Part shown: positions 22,201-31,924 of the stretch, one piece after another
Layout of the letters: the number at the start of each line of letters is the position of its first letter
How positions within the stretch are numbered: the first letter of the stretch is position 1
Origin: Candidatus Helarchaeota archaeon
GTDB taxonomy: Archaea; Asgardarchaeota; Lokiarchaeia; Helarchaeales; RDOG01
DNA length: 32,000 nt
Direction: 5' to 3'
Assembly (NCBI GenBank): GCA_029838215.1
Contig: JALGVI010000003.1
Location: 53,350-85,349, forward strand
Notes under the pieces: generated by a model
The model's input: the letters and a program-made list of their open reading frames with translations, nothing else
Databases searched by the model: none
What the model was told of the DNA's origin: nothing
Made by a program: the position numbers and the translations under genes

Positions 22201-22677
22201 TTATTTTCTTTTTCGAAATTTTTCCATTTCTTCAATTTCGGCCTCTGCTCCAGGACCAAATTGCATTTTTTCAACGAATTTATTATAGACATTGCGCACG
22301 CTTTCAGCAAGAGGGCCCGAACCTTCTACTCCAAATTCCGTTACTTTAATTTTATTTAATACCATGATAGATCTTGCGTCTGGGAAATATTGCACTTGTC
22401 CTTTTGGAAATAATTTGGATATCTCCTCGGTCAAGGCCTGCAAGTCAAACCCTTTTGCTGTTTCTATAATTTCTAGAATATGTTGTCCATAAATAAAGAT
22501 TCTTTCAAATTCATTTCCTTCATCATCTTCGGCAGGCCCTAAACAAATGCTCATTTTTTGACGTTCCATTCCTAAGAGGGTACCGCTATATACTTTATTT
22601 GCAGTAATAACTTTAACTTCTGCATCAATTAATCCGGAAATTTCTCTAAAAAAACGCTGTTCTGAAGTTTGACTCAT
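22201..22677 (-). CDS. Lsm/Sm-like RNA-binding protein with C-terminal extension (SmAP3-like)
   Basis: Sm-type N-terminal half (EVKVITANKVYSGTLLGMERQKMSICL... RIFIYGQHILEII) followed by a ~70-aa C-terminal domain. The ORF is open from 22695; MSQTSEQRFF at ~22677 is the preferred start. Confidence 0.75.
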   Translation of the reverse strand: MSQTSEQRFFREISGLIDAEVKVITANKVYSGTLLGMERQKMSICLGPAEDDEGNEFERIFIYGQHILEIIETAKGFDLQALTEEISKLFPKGQVQYFPDARSIMVLNKIKVTEFGVEGSGPLAESVRNVYNKFVEKMQFGPGAEAEIEEMEKFRKRK

Positions 22678-22724
22678 TTTCTTACCTCCAAACAATCATC
22701 AGGACGTATTTTTCCTGCTTTTTC

Positions 22725-24356
22725 TCAATTCTTAAATATTCTTTCAATTTTAATTTTTAAATGTTCGTGATTATCAAGAACAGTTCCGCTGGATTCGTAG
22801 TTCTTAACAACCTGTTGGAATAACTGCAATTTTATGTTATATTTGATAATATCTGGATCTTGAAAATCTTTTGGATCGTACAAGATTATATGGGAAAATT
22901 GATTTCGATAAGAATTCATGAAATTCTCAATGACCTGCAGGCTTCTAGAAGGTATTTGATTGCATAAATCCAGAGGATATTCATTTTGGATTAATGGGTA
23001 TGTACCTTGTAAATCCTCTAAAATGATCCCAAAAAGAGGTGAAACATGAGCGACTTGCACCAAATGTCTTTCTTTTTCTATTATTTCTTCAAGTATTTTA
23101 TTAACATATCTTTTAAATTTTAAATTCAAATCATTTAATGGGTATTCTGGGACTAATAGTAATACTGACCGTGCATTTAGCGATAGATTTTGCATTTTCA
23201 TTTGGTGTCGGCGAATCTCAGGTCGATCTAGAGATCCCGTGTCAGCGTAAAAAAAAGCCGTGCTTTTTGACGCAAGCTCATAGGGCTCAAGCCGTTCGCC
23301 ATACTTTTTCAAAATGTACCTGAATGCTTCTAATAATGCAGGGTGAGCACTCACCCTAGTCTGAACCAATTCCCAGATTCTACCTGTTCGAATTGCCTGT
23401 CTGATACTTTTTAATTCTTGAAAAGTCACGTATAAGTTGTGTTCTGCTATCAAGCATTGGCGCTCTTTTAAAGTCATCTTCAACAGTTCTTTTGGCTTAT
23501 ATTTTAGGCAAATGGGGCAGCTACAAGGGAACTCGTGGATTTTTTCCAGTCGTAAAGTTCCCATGTTTGTCAGGTATCGGTCGTTTTTTGCAAATAATGC
23601 ATACGCAGAAGAGTCAAATATGTCTGCTCCACAGGCAATGGCTAGAGAGAAAAACATGGGATGACCAATTGAGAAAGCATGAAGCGGTCGTGATTGAATC
23701 ATGCTAAGGCGTGCCACGATTATTTGTTCTGCGACCTGCTTGTAATTGTACGACATCAATGATGGTGCTAAAGTACCCAGCGGATGGTAATCAAATTCGA
23801 GTTCTGACATGAGTCTTGCAGATTTTTCTACCAAGTCAAGAAATTGTCCTCCTTGAATCGGTCCTGCCCATAAAATGCCCGAATCTTTTTGTCTCAAGTT
23901 TAATGCTTCGATACCGCGCCCATGTGTCGTCTCCACGCCCTTTTCTGCTTCTTCATGCGAATCGGTATCGGTAAAAATGTCCAGAATTGTCCCAATATCG
24001 GGTTTTAAGAGATCTTGGAATTCAACTATCTCTTGATTGGAAACTTCCAATTCTTCTCGATACATCCAACTTTGATATGCACCGGAATCAGTCATTATGA
24101 TACCATCATAGGAAATAAGGGAATGTACTCCCTTGGTTGCCTGTTCTCTCAGCTCTGGAGTATTGTAAATGATGTATGCATTAGTAATCAACCCATTCAT
24201 CCCAATCTTTTTCATCTCATTCGGAGTAATTAGAGGAATATTTGGGTTATAAACTGGCAATAGATTGGGCGTTTCGATAATGCCGTGTGCTGTTTTTAAC
24301 TTCCCTATTCGTGCAAGTCCATCTTTTTCGATAATCTCGAACATGTTAAACTCCAA
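22725..24356 (-). CDS. tgtA: Archaeosine tRNA-guanine transglycosylase, catalytic plus C1-like portion
   Basis: MTDSGAYQSW, WAGPIQGGQFLDLVEKSA, ADIFDSSAYALFAKNDRYLT, zinc-site CSCPIC...HNLYVTFQEL, VSPLFGIILEDLQGTYPLIQNEYP. Confidence 0.93.
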   Translation of the reverse strand: MEFNMFEIIEKDGLARIGKLKTAHGIIETPNLLPVYNPNIPLITPNEMKKIGMNGLITNAYIIYNTPELREQATKGVHSLISYDGIIMTDSGAYQSWMYREELEVSNQEIVEFQDLLKPDIGTILDIFTDTDSHEEAEKGVETTHGRGIEALNLRQKDSGILWAGPIQGGQFLDLVEKSARLMSELEFDYHPLGTLAPSLMSYNYKQVAEQIIVARLSMIQSRPLHAFSIGHPMFFSLAIACGADIFDSSAYALFAKNDRYLTNMGTLRLEKIHEFPCSCPICLKYKPKELLKMTLKERQCLIAEHNLYVTFQELKSIRQAIRTGRIWELVQTRVSAHPALLEAFRYILKKYGERLEPYELASKSTAFFYADTGSLDRPEIRRHQMKMQNLSLNARSVLLLVPEYPLNDLNLKFKRYVNKILEEIIEKERHLVQVAHVSPLFGIILEDLQGTYPLIQNEYPLDLCNQIPSRSLQVIENFMNSYRNQFSHIILYDPKDFQDPDIIKYNIKLQLFQQVVKNYESSGTVLDNHEHLKIKIERIFKN

Positions 24357-24359
24357 GTC

Positions 24360-25550
24360 TCATTCTATGAATTCAAGGCGAGATAGATCATCGGGCAGTG
24401 CTCGACCGACTTTTCCACAGTGAAATATCTTTCCATCTTTTTCATATGCCACTATGTCTGCAGTAAAATCAAAGACACCCTTGAATAACGCACTACCAAT
24501 TCCAATTGAATCGAAAGGCACGTCTGCCTCTATGAATCTTTCTATTTTTTTTGCAGTGAAACCGCCTGAAACCACGATCTTGACCTTATCTCTCGTGAAT
24601 CCCTGTTCATCTAACACCTCCCGAACATTATTGACGAGCACGGGATTCACCCCTGTTAGCTTTTCGTGGCTCCATTGCTTCTTATTGATGATGGAATAAT
24701 CTACTAAAGTTCCCGAAGTATCTAATCTAACTCCCCACAAAGATAATCCTTCTTTTTCGAATGCAAGGGCAACCTTAAGAGCCGTTTCGGCACAATTATT
24801 TTCAAAATCGACCAGGGATATGCAATTCACTTCGGGATGGGTTCTTGCGAACCATAATGTTGCCTCGACTGTTGCATCATCCCAGCACCCTTCTATTTCT
24901 CCCGGTTTAAAAAAAGCAATGAGTGCATGAGGAATTGTTCCAAGTGGTTTTCCACCCCACCACTCCTGCTGAGCGGGTGTACTTCCTCCTAATGCTCCCA
25001 CGAGATTTCCCGCAAGACCGTCAAGATATTGCGTGCTGTAGAGGTCAAACCTTGCAGGGAAAAACAATACAGGGATGTTTTTTTTGGAGGCTGCTTCAAT
25101 GACGGTCCTAGTATTCGTGGCAACCTTGGTACCTCTAGCAATAATCCCTAAATAAACTGTCTCGAGCTCGATAAAATTCGAAAGGCTCCCTTTTATCGTC
25201 AGGACCGTTTCGCCAGGCGAAATAATGTCTCCATCATAAAGTGCTTTTATTTCAACAGGTCCTCTTGCACATGCTTGAATTATCCTGATTGCATAATCAA
25301 TTCCACATAACACTGCTTCTCCGCTTTCGTGTCGAGAAAATACGTTCATTATCAAGGTAGGATCGTAATCGGGGGTTTTCTTTTGAAATTTTTCGATGAC
25401 CTGGCGAGATCTTGTGAAATAGACATCTGTAAAGAAACCATTTCTCAATAATGCCAGTTCTTCCTTACGAATATTAAATACACGAGCAGGCAATCTACCA
25501 CTTGGACTTCGATTCTTGTTTAACGTCTTGCTTGCCAAAATTACCACCAA
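24360..25550 (-). CDS. Nicotinate phosphoribosyltransferase family protein
   Basis: GTIPHALIAFFKPG, ISLVDFENNCAETALKVA, WGVRLDTSGTLVDYS, KIVVSGGFTAKKIERFIEADVPFDSIGIGSAL. Confidence 0.9.
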   Translation of the reverse strand: MVVILASKTLNKNRSPSGRLPARVFNIRKEELALLRNGFFTDVYFTRSRQVIEKFQKKTPDYDPTLIMNVFSRHESGEAVLCGIDYAIRIIQACARGPVEIKALYDGDIISPGETVLTIKGSLSNFIELETVYLGIIARGTKVATNTRTVIEAASKKNIPVLFFPARFDLYSTQYLDGLAGNLVGALGGSTPAQQEWWGGKPLGTIPHALIAFFKPGEIEGCWDDATVEATLWFARTHPEVNCISLVDFENNCAETALKVALAFEKEGLSLWGVRLDTSGTLVDYSIINKKQWSHEKLTGVNPVLVNNVREVLDEQGFTRDKVKIVVSGGFTAKKIERFIEADVPFDSIGIGSALFKGVFDFTADIVAYEKDGKIFHCGKVGRALPDDLSRLEFIE

Positions 25551-25709
25551 GAATTCTCATGTAATGCAAGAAAAAATTGGATTTCATCCATTTAAAATAT
25601 AAGAACTCGTTTTTTTTTATAAATATGAGTAGTCAAGACTAACGATTTCACGTTAATCGATCATCTTTTTGGATAAAATCAATTCATTATAAATGAAAAT
25701 TCTAGGATT

Positions 25710-26318
25710 TTGATAAGCATGAAAAGAATAAGAATGCAAGAACTAATGAAGACGTTAATTGACCTTGCTGTAACTAAAGGAGCACACTCAGACTTAACAA
25801 AACCTATTAAAATGGATCAAATTGTAGTTCCAAACCAGTGGGTGAGATGGAAATGCCAATTCGCTTGTGACATGTACGGGAAAAGGCTCTGTTGCCCCCC
25901 ATACACAACAACGATTGAAGAAACACGTCAGCTTCTACAAGACTATGAGGACGGGCTTCTAATTGGTTTTATCGGTAATTTGGCTCGTGAAAGTTATAAT
26001 AAACATCAAAAGAAAATGCATGAAACTCTTCTTAGACTCGAGCAAGAGGCTTTCAAGGCCAATTACGTGAAGGCATTTGTTCTTTCGACAGGCATTTGCT
26101 TGGTCTGCAAGGATTGTGTTTTAAAAGATTTGCCAGCTGAAACACCACCAAGAGTTGCAAAAGCGTTTTGCCGCCATAAAAACAAGATGCGCCCATCCAT
26201 GGAAGCAGTAGGTATTGATGTCTTTGGTACGGTTCACAATCTTGGCATCGATCTCGATGTAATCTCCGAAAACAATACTGAAAATGTCCGAAATTTTGGT
26301 CTTTTACTAATAGAATGA
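25710..26318 (+). CDS. DUF2284 predicted metal-binding protein
   Basis: Cysteine motifs WKCQFACDMYGKRLCCPPYTTTIEETRQLL, GICLVCKDC, FCRHKNKMRPSMEAVGIDVFGTV. The ATG at 25719 or 25722 region may be the true start. Confidence 0.82.
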   Translation: MISMKRIRMQELMKTLIDLAVTKGAHSDLTKPIKMDQIVVPNQWVRWKCQFACDMYGKRLCCPPYTTTIEETRQLLQDYEDGLLIGFIGNLARESYNKHQKKMHETLLRLEQEAFKANYVKAFVLSTGICLVCKDCVLKDLPAETPPRVAKAFCRHKNKMRPSMEAVGIDVFGTVHNLGIDLDVISENNTENVRNFGLLLIE

Positions 26319-26354
26319 TCCGTTGATGATGCAGTAACAAAAAAACGGGTGACT

Positions 26355-26371
26355 AAACGTGATCCACGTTT
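26355..26371. promoter_or_regulatory. Inverted repeat AAACGTG-ATC-CACGTTT between the DUF2284 gene and the membrane-protein gene
   Basis: Perfect 7-bp arms with a 3-nt spacer in a 124-bp intergenic gap. Could be an operator or a small hairpin. Confidence 0.35.
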
Positions 26372-26442
26372 CTATTTAGATGCCTAATCGAACACATGAT
26401 TTAAACATCTTGATTTCCATCATTAAAAGCAGGTGAACATTT

Positions 26443-27003
26443 TTGGAACAACTTGAAAAACTCGGAGAATGGCCATCTGTAAAATTGATTAAAGCATTGG
26501 TCTTGCTTTCACTCGCCCTTATTTTTATCATTTATCCAATAATGGGTCTATTTTTCACATTATCAGGATTTAGCACTAGCAATATCATTTCAAGTCAATT
26601 GTCTTTCAGTGGTTCCATATTAAAGGCAATGTACATCCCTGTTGTCTTGAGCGGTGGTCTTTTTTTCTATCAACTCTCTCAAACTATCGATTACATCTTC
26701 ATGTTTTCTTATGGCTTGCTCATCTTTAATTTGGCATTAGTAATTTCGCGTGCTTTTGAAGAATCTTCTTTCTGGAGAAAATCCGGATATGTCATTGCTC
26801 TATTCGGAATTATTGCTCCAAGTCTTGATGCAATCGAAAATGCCTTTATCCTTTTGACATTAACGAACCCTCTTGGTTTTCCCGATTGGTGGGCTGTTGC
26901 ACATTCATGCTTTGCACTACCTAAATGGCTATTTATAATGGTTGCATTACTGTGGGCGATCATAGCGGCAATTATTCTACTGGTCAAAAAGATTCGCTCT
27001 TAA
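26443..27003 (+). CDS. Hypothetical multi-pass membrane protein (about 4-5 TM segments)
   Basis: 186 aa with several hydrophobic stretches (VLLSLALIFIIYPIMGLFF, YIPVVLSGGLFFY, YVIALFGIIAPSL, WLFIMVALLWAIIAAIILLV) and a basic C-terminal KKIRS. Confidence 0.75.
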   Translation: MEQLEKLGEWPSVKLIKALVLLSLALIFIIYPIMGLFFTLSGFSTSNIISSQLSFSGSILKAMYIPVVLSGGLFFYQLSQTIDYIFMFSYGLLIFNLALVISRAFEESSFWRKSGYVIALFGIIAPSLDAIENAFILLTLTNPLGFPDWWAVAHSCFALPKWLFIMVALLWAIIAAIILLVKKIRS

Positions 27004-27123
27004 AATCTTCTTTCTTTTTGCTCAAAACTCATCCGCATGAATTTTTGACGTGTTTAAAAAAACTACAATAGATAAGAAAAGAGAAAAAATAGGTTAGTAT
27101 TCTAACTTGTAGAGGACTTTAAC

Positions 27124-28881
27124 TCATTGCTGTAGAATTTCTGTCGCCATTTTCTGTATTTCATTATTATCGTGCTTGGTGAGCTCTGTAAGTTGAGGCT
27201 TTAACGTTTTTACTATATCGGGCTTGTTTTTCGCTAAGGATTTAATGGTTTTTAATGAAGATTTCACGACTTTATTCTTTTTATCTATTAACCCATTCTT
27301 GAAATGGATGGAAAATTGCTCGAGGTTCTTGTTTTTAATGATTTTGCCTAGAAACTTCTGTGTTTCGGCACGTACTCCTGTCTTTTCGTGGCTGAGCATC
27401 TGCTGTAATGCTGTTTCAAATTCTTCATCCTTGAATAATTCCACCGGTAAATCGTCAATACCTGAGTTTAACAAGGAGATGATGTCCTTGGTTTCAAGCG
27501 ACAACGGAGTGAAAGCATCGACACCATTTAATTGCGCCAATAACAGGTTGAATATGAGTTCGTTCTCGTTAAAATTGACTGTCGACAAGGGCTCTATTTC
27601 CAGTGCTTGGAGGAAAACATCATAAAACCTATTTAAATTCCCGCATTCATCAATTGTTCGAATATCGTTGTATTTTTCTTTTAAATCATCAAGAAGTTCA
27701 CATGCACAGGGACCTAATAATAAGATTGGCTCAACCAGATTTTCTAATTGTTCTTCTTCAAATCCTTTTCCGAAAATGGCTGTCAAGCCATTTCGTTTTG
27801 CCAGGTCGCCAGAATCCTGCCAAATCAATTCTAAAGAAACCAGGGATAGACCCACGCAACCGCATCGACAATGAGCCAGGACGTTTTTTCCATATTTATT
27901 GATGCCAATTAACTCAACATAATTCGGAGGCAAGCACTTTTCTGGAAGAGAACGAGATCTAAAGTCATAAGGAACGGATTGAATCAATCCATCAACATCT
28001 CCTTCGTAAATGATTTCAATTTGTGCTTCATCACCGATGCCCAATCCACGTTCGTGGGCTATTCGAGTTGTTCCGACTTCTAAACTCTCATATCCCATTA
28101 GTTTTGCACTGATGGCATCAACGGCGACAGTGTCCGAACCCCCAAATACAATGTTATAATCATAAATGTATGGATCGTCCGGATCTCGCAAGTATTTCTC
28201 ACTTGCACAGGGACCGCGTGCCATGGCATGTTTAGCATCCACGATGCAGAAATCAGGTCGAACCTTCTCGAATATATCGACCAATCGTTCTTCGTGATAC
28301 CAATCATGCCTGATGGCCTTGGAAGAGTCAAACAAATATCCTAACGAAAGTTTTATTCCAATCGTTATCTTCGTTGCCCAATGCGCTTTAAATTTTGGAA
28401 CGTGAATCAAAATATTCTTTTTTCTCTTATCTTTATTGATTATTTCATCAACCACGATTTCTGCAAAATCCACTTCATATTGCTCTTTACCGATTTTTAC
28501 TTTTTTGAACGGCTGTTCATCCATGAAAACGCAATTACAACCACGTTCTTTAATGACTTTAGTAAGTCCTGTAAAATACATCGTGATCCTCGTGATCAAG
28601 CCAGAAGTGCAATTTTCGATGACATGGATTCTATCAGGTTCGAGACCTGCTTCGATGTATAAATCAAGTAATGCTGCTAAGAATTCCGGTTCCGTATAGC
28701 AATATGGCGTGAGGTGAACTGCATTGATTTTTATGAAAAGTTTTCCATCATTATCTGTCGGAAAAAAGTTTTTAATCCCACCAAATGCTTCGAATACACC
28801 AGAAATTGCTTCCTTGTAGTTTTTATCCAACTTCTTGATGGCGACCTTACTCATTATAATTTCCTCGACCCAAATATCCAT
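27124..28881 (-). CDS. DUF362-domain protein with a C-terminal HEAT/ARM-like helical region
   Basis: KRKKNILIHVPKFKAHWATKITIGIKLSLGYL, RPDFCIVDAKHAM, VFGGSDTVAVDAISAKLMGYESLEVGTTRIAHERGLG, then helical C-terminus. A Met at ~28848 (MSKVAIKK) may be the true start. Confidence 0.8.
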   Translation of the reverse strand: MDIWVEEIIMSKVAIKKLDKNYKEAISGVFEAFGGIKNFFPTDNDGKLFIKINAVHLTPYCYTEPEFLAALLDLYIEAGLEPDRIHVIENCTSGLITRITMYFTGLTKVIKERGCNCVFMDEQPFKKVKIGKEQYEVDFAEIVVDEIINKDKRKKNILIHVPKFKAHWATKITIGIKLSLGYLFDSSKAIRHDWYHEERLVDIFEKVRPDFCIVDAKHAMARGPCASEKYLRDPDDPYIYDYNIVFGGSDTVAVDAISAKLMGYESLEVGTTRIAHERGLGIGDEAQIEIIYEGDVDGLIQSVPYDFRSRSLPEKCLPPNYVELIGINKYGKNVLAHCRCGCVGLSLVSLELIWQDSGDLAKRNGLTAIFGKGFEEEQLENLVEPILLLGPCACELLDDLKEKYNDIRTIDECGNLNRFYDVFLQALEIEPLSTVNFNENELIFNLLLAQLNGVDAFTPLSLETKDIISLLNSGIDDLPVELFKDEEFETALQQMLSHEKTGVRAETQKFLGKIIKNKNLEQFSIHFKNGLIDKKNKVVKSSLKTIKSLAKNKPDIVKTLKPQLTELTKHDNNEIQKMATEILQQ

Positions 28882-28962
28882 TAAATTTATTCCTGAGTGA
28901 TAATCGTTCGAATGAAGGCATTTGAAAACGAAATCTAATCTATCAGGATTACCATATTAGTA

Positions 28963-29532
28963 TTGGAAACATCGTATTTATTGATGATTGCAATGTCGAA
29001 ACGGCGACAGGAAACAAGAATTAGCAAGTTCATGAGCTATCTGCTTCGTCACGATCCGCAGCATCTGAAGATGGATCAGGAAGGATTCGTGGACACGGAT
29101 GAGTTCCTGAAGTTATTACAAGCGCGTTTTAACTGGTTCACGAAATCGGATTTAATTTCATTAGTTAATGAAAACGAGCGATATGAAATCTCGGATAATC
29201 GAATTAGGGCCGTTTATGGTCATTCAATTGATGTTTCTCCTAAACTCGAGACAGTACAAGTTAATATCTTGTTTCACGGAACATCTCAAGAGTCCGCGGA
29301 AAGAATTCTCAGGGATGGACTGAAGTCAATGAACCGAAATAAAGTCCATCTTTCGAGAACCGTCAGCCGTGCGAAAGTCGTTGGACGACGGAAGGCGCGC
29401 CATCCCGTCATTCTAATAATTGATGCCAAATCAGCTTCTGATGATGGTATTGTATTTGAAAAAGCAACGGATGACGTTCTAGTTTGTAACGAAATTCCTC
29501 CAAAATACATCCGAGTTTTGGACGATGAATGA
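28963..29532 (+). CDS. kptA: RNA 2'-phosphotransferase (KptA/Tpt1)
   Basis: ISKFMSYLLRHDPQHLKMDQEGFVDTDEFL, ILFHGTSQESAERILRDGLKSMNRNKVHLSRT, HPVILIIDAKSA. Confidence 0.94.
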   Translation: METSYLLMIAMSKRRQETRISKFMSYLLRHDPQHLKMDQEGFVDTDEFLKLLQARFNWFTKSDLISLVNENERYEISDNRIRAVYGHSIDVSPKLETVQVNILFHGTSQESAERILRDGLKSMNRNKVHLSRTVSRAKVVGRRKARHPVILIIDAKSASDDGIVFEKATDDVLVCNEIPPKYIRVLDDE

Positions 29533-29539
29533 TGAACGG

Positions 29540-31924
29540 CTAGAGTTGGTGTTCTAGCCGTTTTATGATATCACGTTGAATGGAAGACCCGAGATCAACG
29601 AAAAGAGCATTATATCCTCCCACTTTCACGATGAGATCTGGATAGTTCTCAGGGTGTTTTTGTGCATCTTTCAGCGTGTCGGTTGAAACAACATTGGGTT
29701 GAACTTGCATTCCTCCCAATTCGAAATAAGTCTTTAATAGGGCATGGAATTTCTCGACTTTTTCATTAGATTGAACGGATAACGGATGAAAACGAACGTT
29801 TAATGCGATTCCATTTATTGCGAGATCGTAGTCGAGTTTTGCTACGGACTTCAGGATGGCGGTAACGCCTTTTTTGCCGACTCTGTTTACTGGCGACAAG
29901 CTATTTGAAATTGGTTCTGCTCTTTTTCTTCCATCAGGTGTTGCATTCAAGAGAAGTCCCATTAACACGTGAATCCCCATTGAATATGCCCCTGGATTAA
30001 ATCGCCCGCCTCGGAAAGTCTCATGCTTTACAACTTCCGTGCAGAATAACCCCCAAATCTGTCTTGCAAATTCATCTATCTCTTCTTGGTCGTTTCCCCA
30101 CTTTTCATACTTGTTAATCAATTGTTGTCGCAGCTCTCGACGTCCTTTAAAATTGGAATTCAAGACCTCAACGAGCTCCGAAATCGTGATTAATTGATCG
30201 TCATAAACGAATTTCTTGATGTTATAAAGGGAATCCACCAACGTGGCGAAACCATATGCAGTAATTGAAGAAAAGTTGTATTTTGCTCCACCTCGCGTGA
30301 TATCTTTTCCTTGTTCCATGCAATTATCTATTGTCGCCGAGATAAAAGGTTGTTCGTAATGTATACTTGCTTCCTCGTCCCAAATGTTTGCTATCTTCAC
30401 TGATTGCTCGATATTGAATCTCAATTGTTGTTTAAATGCATCGAGGAAATCATCAAATGTCCGAAATGTAGCAGGATCTCCCGTTTGGAGTCCGTTGAGC
30501 CTATTCGAGAATTGACTATATCCATTATTCAGCACTAATTCCAGAACACCCGGTAGGTTGATAAACATGGCTCCCGTACAGGCAATTGTATTTGCTTGAG
30601 ATGTGGGTTCAACACAGCCAATAATCACGTAATTGCGAGCATCTTCGAGTGAGTACCCGCTTTTCTGCAATGCTCGGATGATAACGTCGTCATTATAAAA
30701 TGCGATTCCTGAGGTTTCTTGAAAAACCCTTATTGCTTCAAAGAAAAATTCTCTGGGAGTATTTGGATGAATCCGCACCGATAAATCGCTGGTGGCAACT
30801 CTTAGTTTTCTTTGTGCTTCCAAGAAAAGATATGATAATTCATTTGTACCATCCGTCCCATCTTTTTTTAGTCCCCCAATTGTAATGGTCTGCGTGTTTA
30901 ATCCCAAGGCATTAGAAGCCATTGAATACTCGTCTTGTAGCATCGTAGAATTCCAAGTTAATTTAAGATTTAATTCTTCAATGAGTTCCAGCGCAAATTC
31001 CTGCGTGAGCTTATTTTCCTGCCTGTCTTTTTCGTAATAGTGCCATAGGATTTGATCCAAACGCCCTAATGCCAAGACGCTGCGGTAACAAATGATGTTT
31101 ACTATGTTCTGCGTGAACCATATTGATTGAATTGCTTCATGAAAAGTGCCTGCAGGATTTTCAGGAACACGATTCAGGGTTTCCGCAATTAATTTTAATC
31201 GATTTTTCTCAGCTGGATCGGCAGCATTTGTAGCCAATTCATCAGCAAGTTGGGCATGGCGCCTTGCAAATCGGATTCCTGCCTCGTAATATATCTTCAC
31301 GGCTTCATAAAAATTGAATTTCTTTTCGAATTCAGGATCGTTTCGATCGAGTTTATCTTGACAGGTAGTCGCTTCCTGAATTATCCCCTTGTAACCTAAA
31401 TTCAAGACTTTTTCATATCCAAAGCAAATATGTCCTTCATTTGTGCCTGTCATGATGGCGACATTGGGCGTGTATGCTTCTCGCCGCGACGGGTTCTCGA
31501 TAAGGTTTTCACGTGCCATTCTTCCAAATATCCGCGTGTCATACAGCGATTTATCTCTCCAATAAGGAAGATATTGCTGTAATTCCTCAAATTCAGCCTG
31601 ATCAATTTGAAACGGCTGGACTTTTCTCGAACGAATATGGTCGACGTGTTTCTGTTTTGTGAAATCTCGAAATGAATAAAGGTCTAGAGCAATTTTTTCA
31701 CCTAAATTCTTACTCGTTTCCGCTCCGACCAGTATTTCATCATCTCTTATAAAAATCGTTTGTTTTTCAAGAGTATTTTGGAGTGCTCTGGCCCTCTTGA
31801 TGATGATTGGTTCTTGCTCATGCTGTTTGTATGCTTCTGTATAGAACTTAGCCCGCTCGATGCAGACTTCATAAGGACTCGTCAGAAGCTGTTCTTTAAG
31901 TCTTGCAATTCTCGGTTCAAGCAT
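29540..31924 (-). CDS. Glycyl-radical enzyme (PFL-like family, dehydratase/lyase subgroup)
   Basis: Active-site Cys motif VIIGCVEPTSQANT, LNATPDGRKRAEPISNSLSPVNR, C-terminal radical-loop motif IVKVGGYNALFVDL. The ORF is open from a TTG at 31963; the ATG at 31924 (MLEPRIARLKEQ) is the more usual family start. Confidence 0.93.
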   Translation of the reverse strand: MLEPRIARLKEQLLTSPYEVCIERAKFYTEAYKQHEQEPIIIKRARALQNTLEKQTIFIRDDEILVGAETSKNLGEKIALDLYSFRDFTKQKHVDHIRSRKVQPFQIDQAEFEELQQYLPYWRDKSLYDTRIFGRMARENLIENPSRREAYTPNVAIMTGTNEGHICFGYEKVLNLGYKGIIQEATTCQDKLDRNDPEFEKKFNFYEAVKIYYEAGIRFARRHAQLADELATNAADPAEKNRLKLIAETLNRVPENPAGTFHEAIQSIWFTQNIVNIICYRSVLALGRLDQILWHYYEKDRQENKLTQEFALELIEELNLKLTWNSTMLQDEYSMASNALGLNTQTITIGGLKKDGTDGTNELSYLFLEAQRKLRVATSDLSVRIHPNTPREFFFEAIRVFQETSGIAFYNDDVIIRALQKSGYSLEDARNYVIIGCVEPTSQANTIACTGAMFINLPGVLELVLNNGYSQFSNRLNGLQTGDPATFRTFDDFLDAFKQQLRFNIEQSVKIANIWDEEASIHYEQPFISATIDNCMEQGKDITRGGAKYNFSSITAYGFATLVDSLYNIKKFVYDDQLITISELVEVLNSNFKGRRELRQQLINKYEKWGNDQEEIDEFARQIWGLFCTEVVKHETFRGGRFNPGAYSMGIHVLMGLLLNATPDGRKRAEPISNSLSPVNRVGKKGVTAILKSVAKLDYDLAINGIALNVRFHPLSVQSNEKVEKFHALLKTYFELGGMQVQPNVVSTDTLKDAQKHPENYPDLIVKVGGYNALFVDLGSSIQRDIIKRLEHQL

